Shown: positions 9,869 to 20,223 of the stretch, in pieces | Position numbering within the stretch: the stretch's first letter is position 1 | How the letters are laid out: every line of letters begins with the position of its first letter | DNA from: Candidatus Harrisonbacteria bacterium | GTDB taxonomy: Bacteria > Patescibacteriota > Minisyncoccia > UBA6257 > WO2-44-18 | Reading direction: 5' to 3' | DNA length: 64,000 nt | NCBI GenBank assembly: GCA_016182295.1 | Contig: JACOXP010000007.1 | Span: forward strand, 11,457 to 75,456 | The notes under the pieces: model-generated | Told to the model about the DNA's origin: nothing | Databases searched by the model: none | Seen by the model: only the letters and a program-made list of their open reading frames with translations | Position numbers and translations under genes: made by a program

Positions 9869-10086
9869 ACATCATTGATTACATACAAATCGCCATATCA
9901 GTCGTCGTCATCACGTTAATCCTTCTGCAAGAACGCGGCGCGGGTGGTTTGGGCGGCGCTTTCGGCGGCAGCGACACCGGCGGATTTTATCAGGCCCGCC
10001 GAGGAATGGAAAAAATGTTTTTCTGGGCTACTTTGATTTTAGTAATCGGCTTTGCCGGCCTCGCCTTATTGAACCTTGTGGTATAA
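9865..10086 (+). CDS. secG: Preprotein translocase subunit SecG
   Basis: ILLQERGAGGLGGAFGG...RRGMEK, two TM helices. Confidence 0.93.
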   Translation: MNIIDYIQIAISVVVITLILLQERGAGGLGGAFGGSDTGGFYQARRGMEKMFFWATLILVIGFAGLALLNLVV

Positions 10087-11734
10087 GCTTCGCCAACTTA
10101 TTAAAAATCTCTCGAAGGAAGAACGCCGAGTTTTTTCCGGCGCTTTCGCCGTTTTCGCGGCCGCTTCGGCCTTGCTGATTTTTTCTCTTTTTTACCAAAA
10201 CACCGTTCCCGAGCCGGTGGAGGGCGGTTCGTATACCGAGGGCATCGTCGGCCAACCGATTTCTCTCAATCCGCTAATCACCGGCGACAACGATCCCGAC
10301 CGCGATTTGGTGGCTCTGCTGTTCGCCAGTTTATTTGATCTTCTGGAAAAATATGAAACCGACGCCGATCAGAAAACCTGGACGCTGATTTTAAAACCGA
10401 ACCTTAAATGGAGCGACGGAAAACCCCTGACCAGCGACGATGTGCTTTTTACCATCAGCGTCATTCAAGACCCCGATTCCCGATCGCCGTTTTTCCCCAC
10501 CTGGCAGGGAGTTTTTGCCGAGCGAATCAGTGAGCGCGAAATACGGCTCAATTTAAAAAACCCCTACGCTTTTTTCCTGGATAATATAAAAAATCTTAGG
10601 ATCGCGCCCAATCATATTTTCGGCAATATTCCGCCGCAAAACTTCCGCCTCTCCGATTTCAACCTTCGGCCAATCAGCAGCGGGCCGTATAAATTTGAAA
10701 GTTTTGAGAAACGCCGCGATGGTTTTATAGAAAAGTACACTTTTGCCACCAATGAATATTCGGTGGTTGGCGAGCCGTATATTCAAAATTTTCAAATCAG
10801 ATTTTTTGCTTCAAAAAACGAGGCCATTAAAGCTTTCAACCTAAAAGCGATTGACGGCATCGGTAATCTCGACCCCTCCGATCTGGAAAATGTTAAAATC
10901 AACCGCACGGTTTTCGCGATCGAACGCCCCAGATATTACGCGATATTTCTCAACCAAAGCACCGCTCCCCAGTTGAAAGAGAAGGCGGTTCGCTCCGCCC
11001 TGGCCGCCGCCACCGACAAAATGAAATTTGTAAACGATATTTTCCAAAATAAAGCCGGTGTTGTTAACGGCCCGCTGCCGCCGAATGTCGGAGGTTATAG
11101 CGAAGTTATTTTCGAGGAAGAAATATTTTCAATCGAAAAGGCAAATGAATTGCTTGATCAAGCCGGCTGGAAAATCAACGAAAGCGGCGTGAGAGAAAAA
11201 ATGATCTCCGGAGCTCCGGCTCAGCTATCCTTTGAAGTAATTGTGCCGGAAGCGCAATTTCTCATTGATACGGCGAATATCCTTAAAGAGGACTGGAAAA
11301 AAATCGGCGTTGAAATTAATCCAATAATCCTGCGCCCGTCGGAGGTGATCAGCAACGCCATCAAGCCAAGGAATTATCAAATGATGATTTTCGGCAACAC
11401 TCTAAACAACAATCCCGACATTTTCTCTTTCTGGCATTCTTCGCAAAGATTTGATCCCGGTTTGAATCTGGCTCTTTTCAACAACAAGGATGTTGATACT
11501 CTACTGGAAACACTGAGGCAAAACCTTGATCCTGATTCCAGAAACGAAGAATTATCCAAACTTCAGACGTTAATCCACAATCAGCGGCCGGTCGTTTTTC
11601 TCTATTCCCCTCATTATCTTTACATCAGCTCTAAAAACCTCGGCGGAATAAGCGCGAAGTCGGTGGCAATTCCGGCGGAACGTTTTATCAACGTTCAAGA
11701 TTGGTACTTGAAAACAGCTCGGGTGTTTAAATAG
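10076..11734 (+). CDS. Peptide/nickel-type ABC transporter substrate-binding protein (family 5)
   Basis: KWSDGKPLTSDDVLFT, SGPYKF, LNP, N-terminal TM anchor. Confidence 0.9.
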   Translation: MWYKLRQLIKNLSKEERRVFSGAFAVFAAASALLIFSLFYQNTVPEPVEGGSYTEGIVGQPISLNPLITGDNDPDRDLVALLFASLFDLLEKYETDADQKTWTLILKPNLKWSDGKPLTSDDVLFTISVIQDPDSRSPFFPTWQGVFAERISEREIRLNLKNPYAFFLDNIKNLRIAPNHIFGNIPPQNFRLSDFNLRPISSGPYKFESFEKRRDGFIEKYTFATNEYSVVGEPYIQNFQIRFFASKNEAIKAFNLKAIDGIGNLDPSDLENVKINRTVFAIERPRYYAIFLNQSTAPQLKEKAVRSALAAATDKMKFVNDIFQNKAGVVNGPLPPNVGGYSEVIFEEEIFSIEKANELLDQAGWKINESGVREKMISGAPAQLSFEVIVPEAQFLIDTANILKEDWKKIGVEINPIILRPSEVISNAIKPRNYQMMIFGNTLNNNPDIFSFWHSSQRFDPGLNLALFNNKDVDTLLETLRQNLDPDSRNEELSKLQTLIHNQRPVVFLYSPHYLYISSKNLGGISAKSVAIPAERFINVQDWYLKTARVFK

Positions 11735-11744
11735 GATAAGGATA

Positions 11745-12920
11745 ATGAGGACGGCTATTTTGGGGCTTGGGCGCGAAGGAAAATCGCTTCTTAACTTTTT
11801 AAAAAAGCGCGGCGAAAAGCCCGCGATCCTAGATCAAAAATTGGACTCTGAATACCTTAATCGTCTTAACGATTTTGATATCATCTATCGTTCTCCGGGC
11901 GTTCCTTACAATCTCCCTCAAATTCAAAAAGCTCTTAAAAGCGGGGTAAGGTTTTCCAGCGCCACTAAACTTTTTTTCGATCTTTGCCCCGGGCAAATCG
12001 TCGGAGTTACCGGCACCAAAGGCAAGGGAACGGCCTCAACGCTTATTCATAAAATACTCGCCGCCAGCGGACAGAAAACGTTTCTTGCCGGAAACATCGG
12101 CAAGCCGATGCTCGACGTCCTTTCGAAGCTCGACAAAAAATCCACGGCGATTTTGGAATTATCGAGTTTTCAACTTCAAGATTTGGAAAAATCCCCGCCA
12201 GTCGCGGTTGTGCTTGATGTGTTTCCGGATCATTTGGACGTTCATAAAAACATGAAAGAATATGTCGAGGCGAAAAGTTCTGTGACTAAATACCAAAAAT
12301 TTTCCGACGCGGTATTTTTTTTCAAGGACAATCCCCTGTCGGCCAAAATCGCCCGCTTAAGCCACGGCGCCAAAATCGGAATTGACGGGAATCCTTTCGG
12401 CCTCAAAAAAAATTTGGCGATAGCGGCGGCCGTGGGCGCTTATTTCGATTGTCCGGCCGGAAAAATTTTCCAGACAATTCAATCTTTCAAAGGCAGAGAA
12501 CACCGGTTGGAACTTGTTTCCGAAAAAAACGGGCTGCGGTTTTATAATGATTCGGCCAGCACCAACCCCCAAACAGCGGCGGCGGCCATTACCGAATTGT
12601 CTAAAACTCTATACTCAAAATCTCATACCCTGACGCTAATAACCGGGGGCAAAGATAAAAATCTTAATTATCGGCCGCTTGCTCAGGCAATTAATCGGTC
12701 CGGCAAAGTAAAAGTTTTTCTCTTTGGCGAAAATAAAATGAAAATAAAAAGAGTTTTGCCCAAGGCAAAACTCTGTAAAAATCTTAAAGAAACGGTGGGG
12801 CTCGCGAAAAAATGCGGGCCTGGAGTGATTCTTTTCTCGCCTGCCTCAACCAGTTTCGATATGTTTAAAGACTACGAAGATCGCGGCCGGCAGTTTAAAA
12901 AACTGGTGAAGGCTATTTAG
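11745..12920 (+). CDS. murD: UDP-N-acetylmuramoyl-L-alanine--D-glutamate ligase
   Basis: RSPGV, GVTGTKGKGT, GNIG, ELSSFQL, DHLD.H, HRLE, YNDSASTN, GGKDK, SPASTSFD. Confidence 0.95.
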   Translation: MRTAILGLGREGKSLLNFLKKRGEKPAILDQKLDSEYLNRLNDFDIIYRSPGVPYNLPQIQKALKSGVRFSSATKLFFDLCPGQIVGVTGTKGKGTASTLIHKILAASGQKTFLAGNIGKPMLDVLSKLDKKSTAILELSSFQLQDLEKSPPVAVVLDVFPDHLDVHKNMKEYVEAKSSVTKYQKFSDAVFFFKDNPLSAKIARLSHGAKIGIDGNPFGLKKNLAIAAAVGAYFDCPAGKIFQTIQSFKGREHRLELVSEKNGLRFYNDSASTNPQTAAAAITELSKTLYSKSHTLTLITGGKDKNLNYRPLAQAINRSGKVKVFLFGENKMKIKRVLPKAKLCKNLKETVGLAKKCGPGVILFSPASTSFDMFKDYEDRGRQFKKLVKAI

Positions 12921-13653
12921 TGAACCAGAAAAGCGCCGCGTTGCGACCTTTATTGGGGCCGTCTCTGCAACGCGAATAGTAAGCTAGGGTTGCCGGAAAA
13001 TCAGTCATTTCGCACGAAGTGCACCTGTTATAGATGGAAATGTTGGCTTCTCTTAGTCCTACCTCCAAAAGCTGGGAACGGATAATGGTATAAAGGTCGA
13101 AAGATATTTGACCGCACCTCGAGCCCCTTGTTGCTCTTCCAACCGGAAACTTGAAGGTAAGGTCTTTCGCTTCTTCCCAATGAGCCGCCCCATAACAACA
13201 AGGACCGATGCCAAAACCTACAAACGCCTTGGAAGTATTCGGGGAGAACTTATGTCTGGTAAAAAGTTCGTGAATAATACTCGGTCCTCTCGGAGCTTTT
13301 GATCGCTTGGGGATCTCTCGAATTATGCACCGAAATCCGGCATGCAACGCCGCGAATCGCTCTGTTTGCTGATCTAAAACGGCAACCAACGGGCAGTCGG
13401 CGTTAAAAAGCACGATGCGCTGATCCGGCTTAGACACAATGCCGCCGTCCGCTTCATTGCGAGTGCCGATAATCCATTGAGATATTGGAAAATCCTCTTC
13501 GCCCATCTCGACAATTCTGTTTGTAAAATTCGCTCGCGGAGCGAAAACCGGTCCCATTTTCCCCTTAACAATCGGGAAAAGCTCATCAATGTATTCATCG
13601 ACTCCAAAATTGCCGTCCATTCTGCCAAAAAAACTGTAGCGGATTTTCAGCAT
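12913..13653 (-). CDS. YfiH/PgeF family (laccase-like / purine nucleoside phosphorylase)
   Basis: ADCPLV, ALHAGFR, GIGPCCY, CTSC, YYSR..GRN. Confidence 0.85.
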   Translation of the reverse strand: MLKIRYSFFGRMDGNFGVDEYIDELFPIVKGKMGPVFAPRANFTNRIVEMGEEDFPISQWIIGTRNEADGGIVSKPDQRIVLFNADCPLVAVLDQQTERFAALHAGFRCIIREIPKRSKAPRGPSIIHELFTRHKFSPNTSKAFVGFGIGPCCYGAAHWEEAKDLTFKFPVGRATRGSRCGQISFDLYTIIRSQLLEVGLREANISIYNRCTSCEMTDFPATLAYYSRCRDGPNKGRNAALFWFTK

Positions 13654-13729
13654 TTTCTAATCCTCCAGTTGAAATGGAAAATTTTCAAAGTCCTTCGTAT
13701 GTTAAACTATATACACCAAAATTAAACTT

Positions 13730-14398
13730 ATGCCAATACATCGAACAAAAAATGAAAATTTCTTTAAGAAGTGGTCGCCGAAAATGGCATACGTGTTGGG
13801 TTATACATGCGCGGATGGAGCTTTAACTGTTGGTAAGCGGGGAAACAAGTTTTTGGATTTCACTTCTGTGGACGAAAGTCTTATACAAACCGTTCGCGCG
13901 ACACTCGACTCTAATCATAAAATAAACCGTAAAACCAGAAAGGAAAATTGGCGCCCGGCTTACAGATTACAAATCGGCAGCAAGACTATGTTTGACGATT
14001 TGGGAAAATTGGGATTGACAACCAAAAAAGCAAAACGCTTAGTTTATCCGGATGTTCCCAAAAAGTACTTCGCGGACTTTGTTAGAGGATATTTCGACGG
14101 CGATGGACACGTTAGCCACGGCGCGTATAAAAGGAAGGGTGGAAATGGGGTAAAACAAGTTCTGCTTTCGGGTTTGACGTCGAGCACCAAAAGTTTTTTA
14201 GAAAAACTTAGAAATGATTTAACAAAATTGGGTATTGTGAGTGGTGGTACTCTGTATTACAAAAAGGGGCACCGACTTACATTCTCAATTAACGATAGTT
14301 TTGGTCTATACGAATTCCTTTACAAAAACGCGGGGTATGGCTTATACTTACAAAGGAAAAAGAGAGTTTTCGAGAAATTTTTTAGAATGCGGGCGTAG
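13730..14398 (+). CDS. Free-standing double-motif LAGLIDADG endonuclease-like protein
   Basis: AYVLGYTCADG and FVRGYFDGDG motifs; stop codon lies inside tRNA-Asp. Confidence 0.88.
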   Translation: MPIHRTKNENFFKKWSPKMAYVLGYTCADGALTVGKRGNKFLDFTSVDESLIQTVRATLDSNHKINRKTRKENWRPAYRLQIGSKTMFDDLGKLGLTTKKAKRLVYPDVPKKYFADFVRGYFDGDGHVSHGAYKRKGGNGVKQVLLSGLTSSTKSFLEKLRNDLTKLGIVSGGTLYYKKGHRLTFSINDSFGLYEFLYKNAGYGLYLQRKKRVFEKFFRMRA

Positions 14399-14463
14399 CG
14401 TAGCCTGGTTATCGCGCCTCCTTGTCACGGAGGAGATCGCCGGTTCAAATCCGGTCGCCCGCG
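14389..14463 (+). tRNA. tRNA-Asp(GTC)
   Basis: GCGGGCG/CGCCCGC acceptor, CCTCC-TTGTCAC-GGAGG anticodon arm, GGTTCAAATCC; no encoded CCA. Confidence 0.96.
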
Positions 14464-14479
14464 CAAGAAAAAAACCGCC

Positions 14480-14788
14480 CTAACGGCGGTTTCTGGATTT
14501 GCGGCGAGATTTACTTTTCAGAATTCCGAGTTCCCTGGCATATCTTCGGATTGCTCCATGATGATGGCCGTAACGACTAAACGCGTTACGGAATACTTCC
14601 TGCTCGCTTTGTCTGGTCTGATTGACAACGCTCCTCAAAATTCTATAAGTCCAGCGGGACAGCTCTTCGATATAATGGCGGTTGCTCGTTTTAATCCACA
14701 GCACCGGCACCACCGGACCCTTGCGGTTCGGGTTTGTGCTTTTGCGCCAACATTTGGCAAAAAGCGATCTCCTGCGTTTCATCGGCAA
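14480..14788 (-). CDS. Hypothetical basic protein
   Basis: 102-aa ORF with GGAG upstream; no recognised motif. Confidence 0.45.
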   Translation of the reverse strand: MPMKRRRSLFAKCWRKSTNPNRKGPVVPVLWIKTSNRHYIEELSRWTYRILRSVVNQTRQSEQEVFRNAFSRYGHHHGAIRRYARELGILKSKSRRKSRNRR

Positions 14789-14826
14789 TCTCCTAAAGAT
14801 CCGCCTATAAAATAACGAAAGATCGA

Positions 14827-15366
14827 TTAGTAGTCAACCAAACCGAGATCTTGGAAGGCTTTTTTATAAGTCCGTAAAATTTCCAGCGCTTGATCGTGAG
14901 TGATTACGAAATCAGGTTCTTGGGCAATGCGATTGCGAATCTTATGAACGTTTTGAATCACTTCAGCGTCGGATAAAAAGCTCGTAGTAATTTGCTTGAA
15001 ACGCTCGTCAGTGGTATCAGCTCGAAATCCGCTGGTTTTGATCGTGTCGTCCATAAGCTTATCGGCTTCCAGAATGGCAAGTTTCCAGTTTTGAATATCG
15101 TGACTCTGAACTCTTTTTTTAATTTGTTTCCAGGCCCGAAGCTGGCGCCAGCGGCCAACATCGCCCATACCCAAAAAATCCATATAGTACTCCCTTCGCG
15201 ATCTCAACCATTCACTTTTGGCAATAGAATAAACACTTCCCCAGATAAAAATTCCGGAAACAATTAAAGCTATCCATTCAAGCGTCGGTATCGCCGGCCG
15301 CAATATACTTCCGGCAATTTCCCTGAAAATAAGAATGTATTCTACCGCTTTATCAATCCACTGCAT
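14827..15366 (-). CDS. Hypothetical membrane-anchored protein downstream of gatA
   Basis: TM helix then W..I......AILEADKLMD...H..RN.IA; overlaps gatA stop. Confidence 0.75.
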   Translation of the reverse strand: MQWIDKAVEYILIFREIAGSILRPAIPTLEWIALIVSGIFIWGSVYSIAKSEWLRSRREYYMDFLGMGDVGRWRQLRAWKQIKKRVQSHDIQNWKLAILEADKLMDDTIKTSGFRADTTDERFKQITTSFLSDAEVIQNVHKIRNRIAQEPDFVITHDQALEILRTYKKAFQDLGLVDY

Positions 15367-16798
15367 TGTGAATTTTATCGTAATATTGACCTAATCCCAG
15401 TATATCAGCTTCACGCCAGGGCTTGCCGACCAATTGAAATCCGACGGGCAGTCCGTCAATGCCGCGAGTCGGAATTGAGACAGCCGGCAATCCGGCCAGA
15501 TTAACCGGAATGGTAAAAATGTCGGAAAGATACATGGCCATCGGATCATCGGCTTTTTCGCCTATTTTAAAAGCGGGGGTGGGCGCCACCGGAGTAAAAA
15601 TAACGTCGACTTCTTTAAAGGCCTTGTCAAAATCCTCTTTGATAAGCCGCCGCGCTTTCTGCGCTTGCGAGTAATAAGCGTCGTAATATCCGGAGGAGAG
15701 AACAAAAGTTCCCAAAATAATCCGACGCTTGGTTTCGGCGCCGAAACCACGGCTTTTGTTTTTCTTATACAATTCCGCCAAACTCGATTCTTTTTCCTGA
15801 ATTCTGCCATAACGGATTCCGTCGAATCTCGCCAAATTAGAACTTACTTCCGCCGGCATTATTATGTAGTAACAAGAAAGAGCGTATTGGGTGTGCGGCA
15901 AGCTAATTTCTTTAAATTCCAGTCCCAAACTTTTCAAATCGGCCATCGCTTTATCCGTCGCTTTTTTTACCTCCGGAGAAAGACCGTCTACAAAATATTC
16001 TTTTGGCACTCCCACTTTTAATTTCTTAATATCTTGAAGTTTCGGATTTAAAAGCTCGTCGCCGTATTTCGCCTCCATCGTTGTCGAGTCAAACTGATCT
16101 TTTCCGGAAATTGATTTAAATAAAATCGCCGCGTCTTCCACTGTTTTGGTCAGTGGTCCAATTTGGTCCAAACTCGAAGCCATCGCTATCAAACCATGAC
16201 GGGAAACCGCGCCGTAAGTCGGCTTCAAGCCAACGACTCCGCAGAAACCCGCTGGTTGGCGAATCGATCCTCCGGTATCGGAACCAAGGGCGCCAACAGC
16301 CATATGAGCGGCCACCGCGGCCGCCGAACCGCCGGAAGATCCTCCGGGAACGCGGGTGTGGTCATGCGGATTTTTAGTAACCTTAAAGGCCGAATTTTCG
16401 GTTGACGATCCCATCGCGAATTCATCCATATTAGTTTTACCGAGAAAAACCGCTCCTGATTTTTTCAATTTCGCGATCACGGTCGCGTCATAGGCGGCGT
16501 TATAATCTTCTAAAATTTTTGAGGCGGCGGTCGCCGGCTGGCCTTCGATTAAAATGTTGTCTTTGATCGCGAGAGGCGCGCCCGCCAGTAAATCAACCGG
16601 TTCGCCTTTGGCTATGACAAGGTCCGCTTTTTCCGCTTGAAGCGCCGCTTCATCTTTCGCCAAACTTAAAAAAGCTCCGATTTTTTTATCGTGTTCTTCG
16701 ACGTGTTTAAAAAATCCTTCGACGACTTCCAGCGCGGAAAATTCTTTTTTTAACAGACCTTCGTGAAATTTTTTAATTGTAAGATCGTGCAAGTGCAT
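15353..16798 (-). CDS. gatA: Glu/Asp-tRNA amidotransferase subunit A
   Basis: IKDNI, GKTNMDEFAMGSSTENS, GGSSGGSAAAV, GSDTGGSIRQPA. Confidence 0.98.
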   Translation of the reverse strand: MHLHDLTIKKFHEGLLKKEFSALEVVEGFFKHVEEHDKKIGAFLSLAKDEAALQAEKADLVIAKGEPVDLLAGAPLAIKDNILIEGQPATAASKILEDYNAAYDATVIAKLKKSGAVFLGKTNMDEFAMGSSTENSAFKVTKNPHDHTRVPGGSSGGSAAAVAAHMAVGALGSDTGGSIRQPAGFCGVVGLKPTYGAVSRHGLIAMASSLDQIGPLTKTVEDAAILFKSISGKDQFDSTTMEAKYGDELLNPKLQDIKKLKVGVPKEYFVDGLSPEVKKATDKAMADLKSLGLEFKEISLPHTQYALSCYYIIMPAEVSSNLARFDGIRYGRIQEKESSLAELYKKNKSRGFGAETKRRIILGTFVLSSGYYDAYYSQAQKARRLIKEDFDKAFKEVDVIFTPVAPTPAFKIGEKADDPMAMYLSDIFTIPVNLAGLPAVSIPTRGIDGLPVGFQLVGKPWREADILGLGQYYDKIHNAVD

Positions 16799-17094
16799 TA
16801 TTCTTCAAACACGGGAGGTACCCTTAACCAATGTTTTTCTTTATCCGGAAATGCTTCGGCTACTTTATCGGGCCCCAAACTTTGTTTAGTCGCGCCGTCT
16901 TCCCGCAAAACATTATTAGACCAGGTCCCGCCAGCAAGCGGCTGGACGTTTTCGGTGTTCAAAGATTGCAATTCTTTGAAATGGCTTAAAATTTTTTCCA
17001 AATCTTTTAAAAATTTATCCTCCTCCTTTTTGCCAAGCTCAAGGCGAGCCAATTCGGCCAGATGTTCAAGCGATTTTTTATTGATTTCCGACAT
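16798..17094 (-). CDS. gatC: Glu/Asp-tRNA amidotransferase subunit C
   Basis: HLAELARL...LREDG...VPPV; directly upstream of gatA. Confidence 0.93.
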   Translation of the reverse strand: MSEINKKSLEHLAELARLELGKKEEDKFLKDLEKILSHFKELQSLNTENVQPLAGGTWSNNVLREDGATKQSLGPDKVAEAFPDKEKHWLRVPPVFEE

Positions 17095-17133
17095 AAGTCT
17101 ATAGACTTTATTTTATAACAAAAAGCTCGGTTT

Positions 17134-17721
17134 TTAAACCGAGCCCTGAATTCCAAATTCTTCCGCTTCTGCCCATGTCGGATGCGGGTAAAGAATCTGC
17201 CATTGCCTGCCTGAAGGCACAAGCTTTTTTTCGAAAATCTCTTTTATCAACAAATCTCCGTCTTCCGTCTTGGCCAAGGCCTCGAACTCGACGGCCACGC
17301 CCTCTTCATTCTCGCCTTCTCTTCTAATTGCTGTTTGTGTGGTTAATTTTTCCCGAATCGCCAGCACTCGCGTTGATTCGTAGAGAAAATGACGAAGATT
17401 CTCGGCCTTCTCTTCGGGAGCGCGGATGTTCAGCAAAACGAGATCGGTTCTCCGCAATGGCCTGATCTCGACAAACTTTCTGACGGTATCGATCTTCTTA
17501 ACCGCGTAACTTGATAAAAATGATTCTGAACCATCCGAAAATTTGACAACGATTGTCGATTGGACGCGGTTGACGTGACTGTCTGGAGGAAGCACTATGT
17601 AGCGCTCGCGGAAATTCACCTCGAGGTAGTAGCCCTTTCTAAAAACAACTCCTCTGTCCGTCGCGATCAATAGATCCTTGAACCACAATCTGATTAACTC
17701 CCGTTCCTCAAATTTTCCCAT
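17134..17721 (-). CDS. Hypothetical protein
   Basis: 195-aa ORF with AAGGAG RBS, between ligA and gatC. Confidence 0.65.
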   Translation of the reverse strand: MGKFEERELIRLWFKDLLIATDRGVVFRKGYYLEVNFRERYIVLPPDSHVNRVQSTIVVKFSDGSESFLSSYAVKKIDTVRKFVEIRPLRRTDLVLLNIRAPEEKAENLRHFLYESTRVLAIREKLTTQTAIRREGENEEGVAVEFEALAKTEDGDLLIKEIFEKKLVPSGRQWQILYPHPTWAEAEEFGIQGSV

Positions 17722-17755
17722 TAGCTATCTCCTTAAGAACTGCGCTAATAGTAAT

Positions 17756-19777
17756 TTATTGTCCGATAATTTTCAAGAACTCTTTTTCGTCAACGGTTTT
17801 TACCCCCAATTTCTTAGCTTTGTCGTATTTCGATCCCGGTTCGGCGCCGACCACAACATACGAAGTTTTTTTGGATACCGATTCGCTTACTTCCCCGCCA
17901 AGCGCGCGGAGCTTCGCTTTGGCCTCACCGCGCTCCAAAGATTCAAGCGTGCCGGTCAAAACAAAAATCTGGCCTTTTAATTTCTGACTTTTCGGCTTGA
18001 CACCGCCTGCTTCCAAACTAACTCCAACTTTATCCAATTTCTTTATGAGCGCGATGTGCCGTTTGTCTTTGAAATAATCAACGATGCTCTCGGCCACCGC
18101 CGGCCCAACATCGGGAATTTCCTGCAAATCCTCAACGGAAAATTTTTCCAAAACGCTCAATAACTGATCCGGTTTAGAAATCGGGGTTTTGAATTTGGAA
18201 ATGGCCGTTTGCGCGAGCAAGCGTGATGTTTCCTCTCCCACGTGCAAGATGCCAAGCGCCTCCACGAACCGATCCATCGGCACTTTTTTTCGTTCTGCTA
18301 TTTCGCTAATTATATTTTCCGCCGATTTTTCGCCAAATCTTTCAAGAGCGGCCACATCGCCATTCTGCAAAGTAAACAAATCAGCCGCGTCGCCAATCAA
18401 ACCTTCGTCCAAAAAACGATCGATGATTTTGGGACCAAGGCCATCCATTCCGAAAGCCGCCGCGAAATGATACAAAAATTCTTTTTGCCGCGCTCCGCAA
18501 GTTTTATTACTACAGCGATAAATAACCCCGTCTTTGACGATTTTTGAACCGTCAACCGGGCAAACTTTAGGCATGTGAAATTCTTTTTCTTTGCCGGAAC
18601 GCATTTCCTTAAGCACTTTGGTAATTTGCGGAATAACATCTCCGGCGCGGCTGACGATGACAGTATCGCCTATTTTTACGCCAAGCCGCTGTATTTCATC
18701 ATAATTATGAAGAGTGGCGTGAGTAATCGTAACGCCACCAACCCGCACAGCCCGCAAAACCGCGACCGGAGTCAAAGCGCCGGTCCGGCCAACCTGCACT
18801 TGAATGTCTTCGACAACGGTGGTCGCTTCTTTCGGGGAAAATTTATAAGCTATCGCCGCTCTCGGCGCTTTGCCAATAACGCCGGCTGATTCAAAAGTTT
18901 TATTGTCATTTAAAATCACCACGATTCCATCAATTTCATAAGATAATTTTTCTCTCGCCTTGGCCGTTTCTTTATGAAAATCGTAAATGCCGGAAACCGA
19001 ACTGACCTGCTTATTGTGGGGGTTGGTTTTAAACCCCCATTTTTTTAATAAAGCATGCTCTTCGTCATGAGTTTTCTGGCCAACATCACTCACTATCGCG
19101 TATTCAAAAGAATCCAGTTTGCGGCTGGCGGTGATCGCGGGATCAAGCTGGCGAACCGTGCCGGCGGCCAAGTTGCGCGGATTGGCGTAAATTTTTCCAC
19201 CCTTTTTCGCTAATTCTTTATTAATTCGTTCAAAATCTTTTTTAGTCAGAAAAACTTCGCCGCGCGCCACCAAGTGCTTTGGGTAGTCTCCGCGCAATTT
19301 CAACGGAATCGCTTCAACCGTTTTGAGATTTTGAGTAATGTCTTCGCCAATCACGCCGTCTCCCCGGGTTGATCCTTGAATGAAAATTCCGTTTTCATAA
19401 ACAAGCTCTATGGCCAATCCGTCAATTTTATGTTCGCAAAAAAATTCCGGTTTTATTTTCCGGCCAAGATAATTTTCTAAACGCTTAATCCAGTCCTCGA
19501 CATCCTGTTCGGAAAAAGCGTCATTTAAAGAAATCATTGGTGCTTCGTGCCTCACTTTTTTAAATTCCTTCAGCGGCTTGCCGGCAACTCGCTGAGTCGG
19601 AGAGTCGGGTGTCACTAAATCCGGAAATTCTTGCTCCAAATCAAAAAGCTCTTTTTTCAGCGCGTCTAAGGCCTCGTCGGAAATCAACGATTTATTTTCA
19701 ATATGGTAAGCGTAACGATATTTATCAATCGTTTGCCTTAATTTTTCTATTCGCTCTTTTGCCGCTTTCTTCTCCAT
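17756..19777 (-). CDS. ligA: NAD-dependent DNA ligase
   Basis: KIDG adenylation motif, TRGDG..GEDIT, NPRN.AAG, VGRTG, Zn finger, HhH and BRCT. Confidence 0.98.
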   Translation of the reverse strand: MEKKAAKERIEKLRQTIDKYRYAYHIENKSLISDEALDALKKELFDLEQEFPDLVTPDSPTQRVAGKPLKEFKKVRHEAPMISLNDAFSEQDVEDWIKRLENYLGRKIKPEFFCEHKIDGLAIELVYENGIFIQGSTRGDGVIGEDITQNLKTVEAIPLKLRGDYPKHLVARGEVFLTKKDFERINKELAKKGGKIYANPRNLAAGTVRQLDPAITASRKLDSFEYAIVSDVGQKTHDEEHALLKKWGFKTNPHNKQVSSVSGIYDFHKETAKAREKLSYEIDGIVVILNDNKTFESAGVIGKAPRAAIAYKFSPKEATTVVEDIQVQVGRTGALTPVAVLRAVRVGGVTITHATLHNYDEIQRLGVKIGDTVIVSRAGDVIPQITKVLKEMRSGKEKEFHMPKVCPVDGSKIVKDGVIYRCSNKTCGARQKEFLYHFAAAFGMDGLGPKIIDRFLDEGLIGDAADLFTLQNGDVAALERFGEKSAENIISEIAERKKVPMDRFVEALGILHVGEETSRLLAQTAISKFKTPISKPDQLLSVLEKFSVEDLQEIPDVGPAVAESIVDYFKDKRHIALIKKLDKVGVSLEAGGVKPKSQKLKGQIFVLTGTLESLERGEAKAKLRALGGEVSESVSKKTSYVVVGAEPGSKYDKAKKLGVKTVDEKEFLKIIGQ

Positions 19778-19833
19778 TTATCTAAATTATAGGACAAATT
19801 TCCGTACTAAACGAGTATATAAAAACGGCCCCT

Positions 19834-20115
19834 TTATTGGTGGGGCCGTTGGTGAAAATGGGGAACTCGTTCGATGTAATCCTTTGTAGGAGGTTCGCTC
19901 CTTTTGGGTTCCGGCATGATAGGCTGCTCGTAGAGTTCCGATTTTTCAGTCGGATTTTTTGGAGTGAAAAATATCGGATGATCGAATTCCGGCTTCTGAA
20001 AATCGATCGGCTTCCGGTCTTGATCAAAACCGATGAGAGTTTGGCTCATATCCGAAGCCGCGACACAGCTGACCAGAAACATCGCCAGAAACAGCAAGGC
20101 AAAACCTGAACGCAT
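19834..20115 (-). CDS. Hypothetical lipoprotein
   Basis: Signal peptide with LVSC lipobox; AGGAGG RBS. Confidence 0.6.
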   Translation of the reverse strand: MRSGFALLFLAMFLVSCVAASDMSQTLIGFDQDRKPIDFQKPEFDHPIFFTPKNPTEKSELYEQPIMPEPKRSEPPTKDYIERVPHFHQRPHQ

Positions 20116-20223
20116 AACGTCCTCCTTTTTTATGTTTTCACCTAAATTGAAGAGCTAAGCCGAATAATAACACTTTAATCTGATGACTGGCAAGAGTCTG
20201 GGTGTTAATAACTATTTTAGAGG

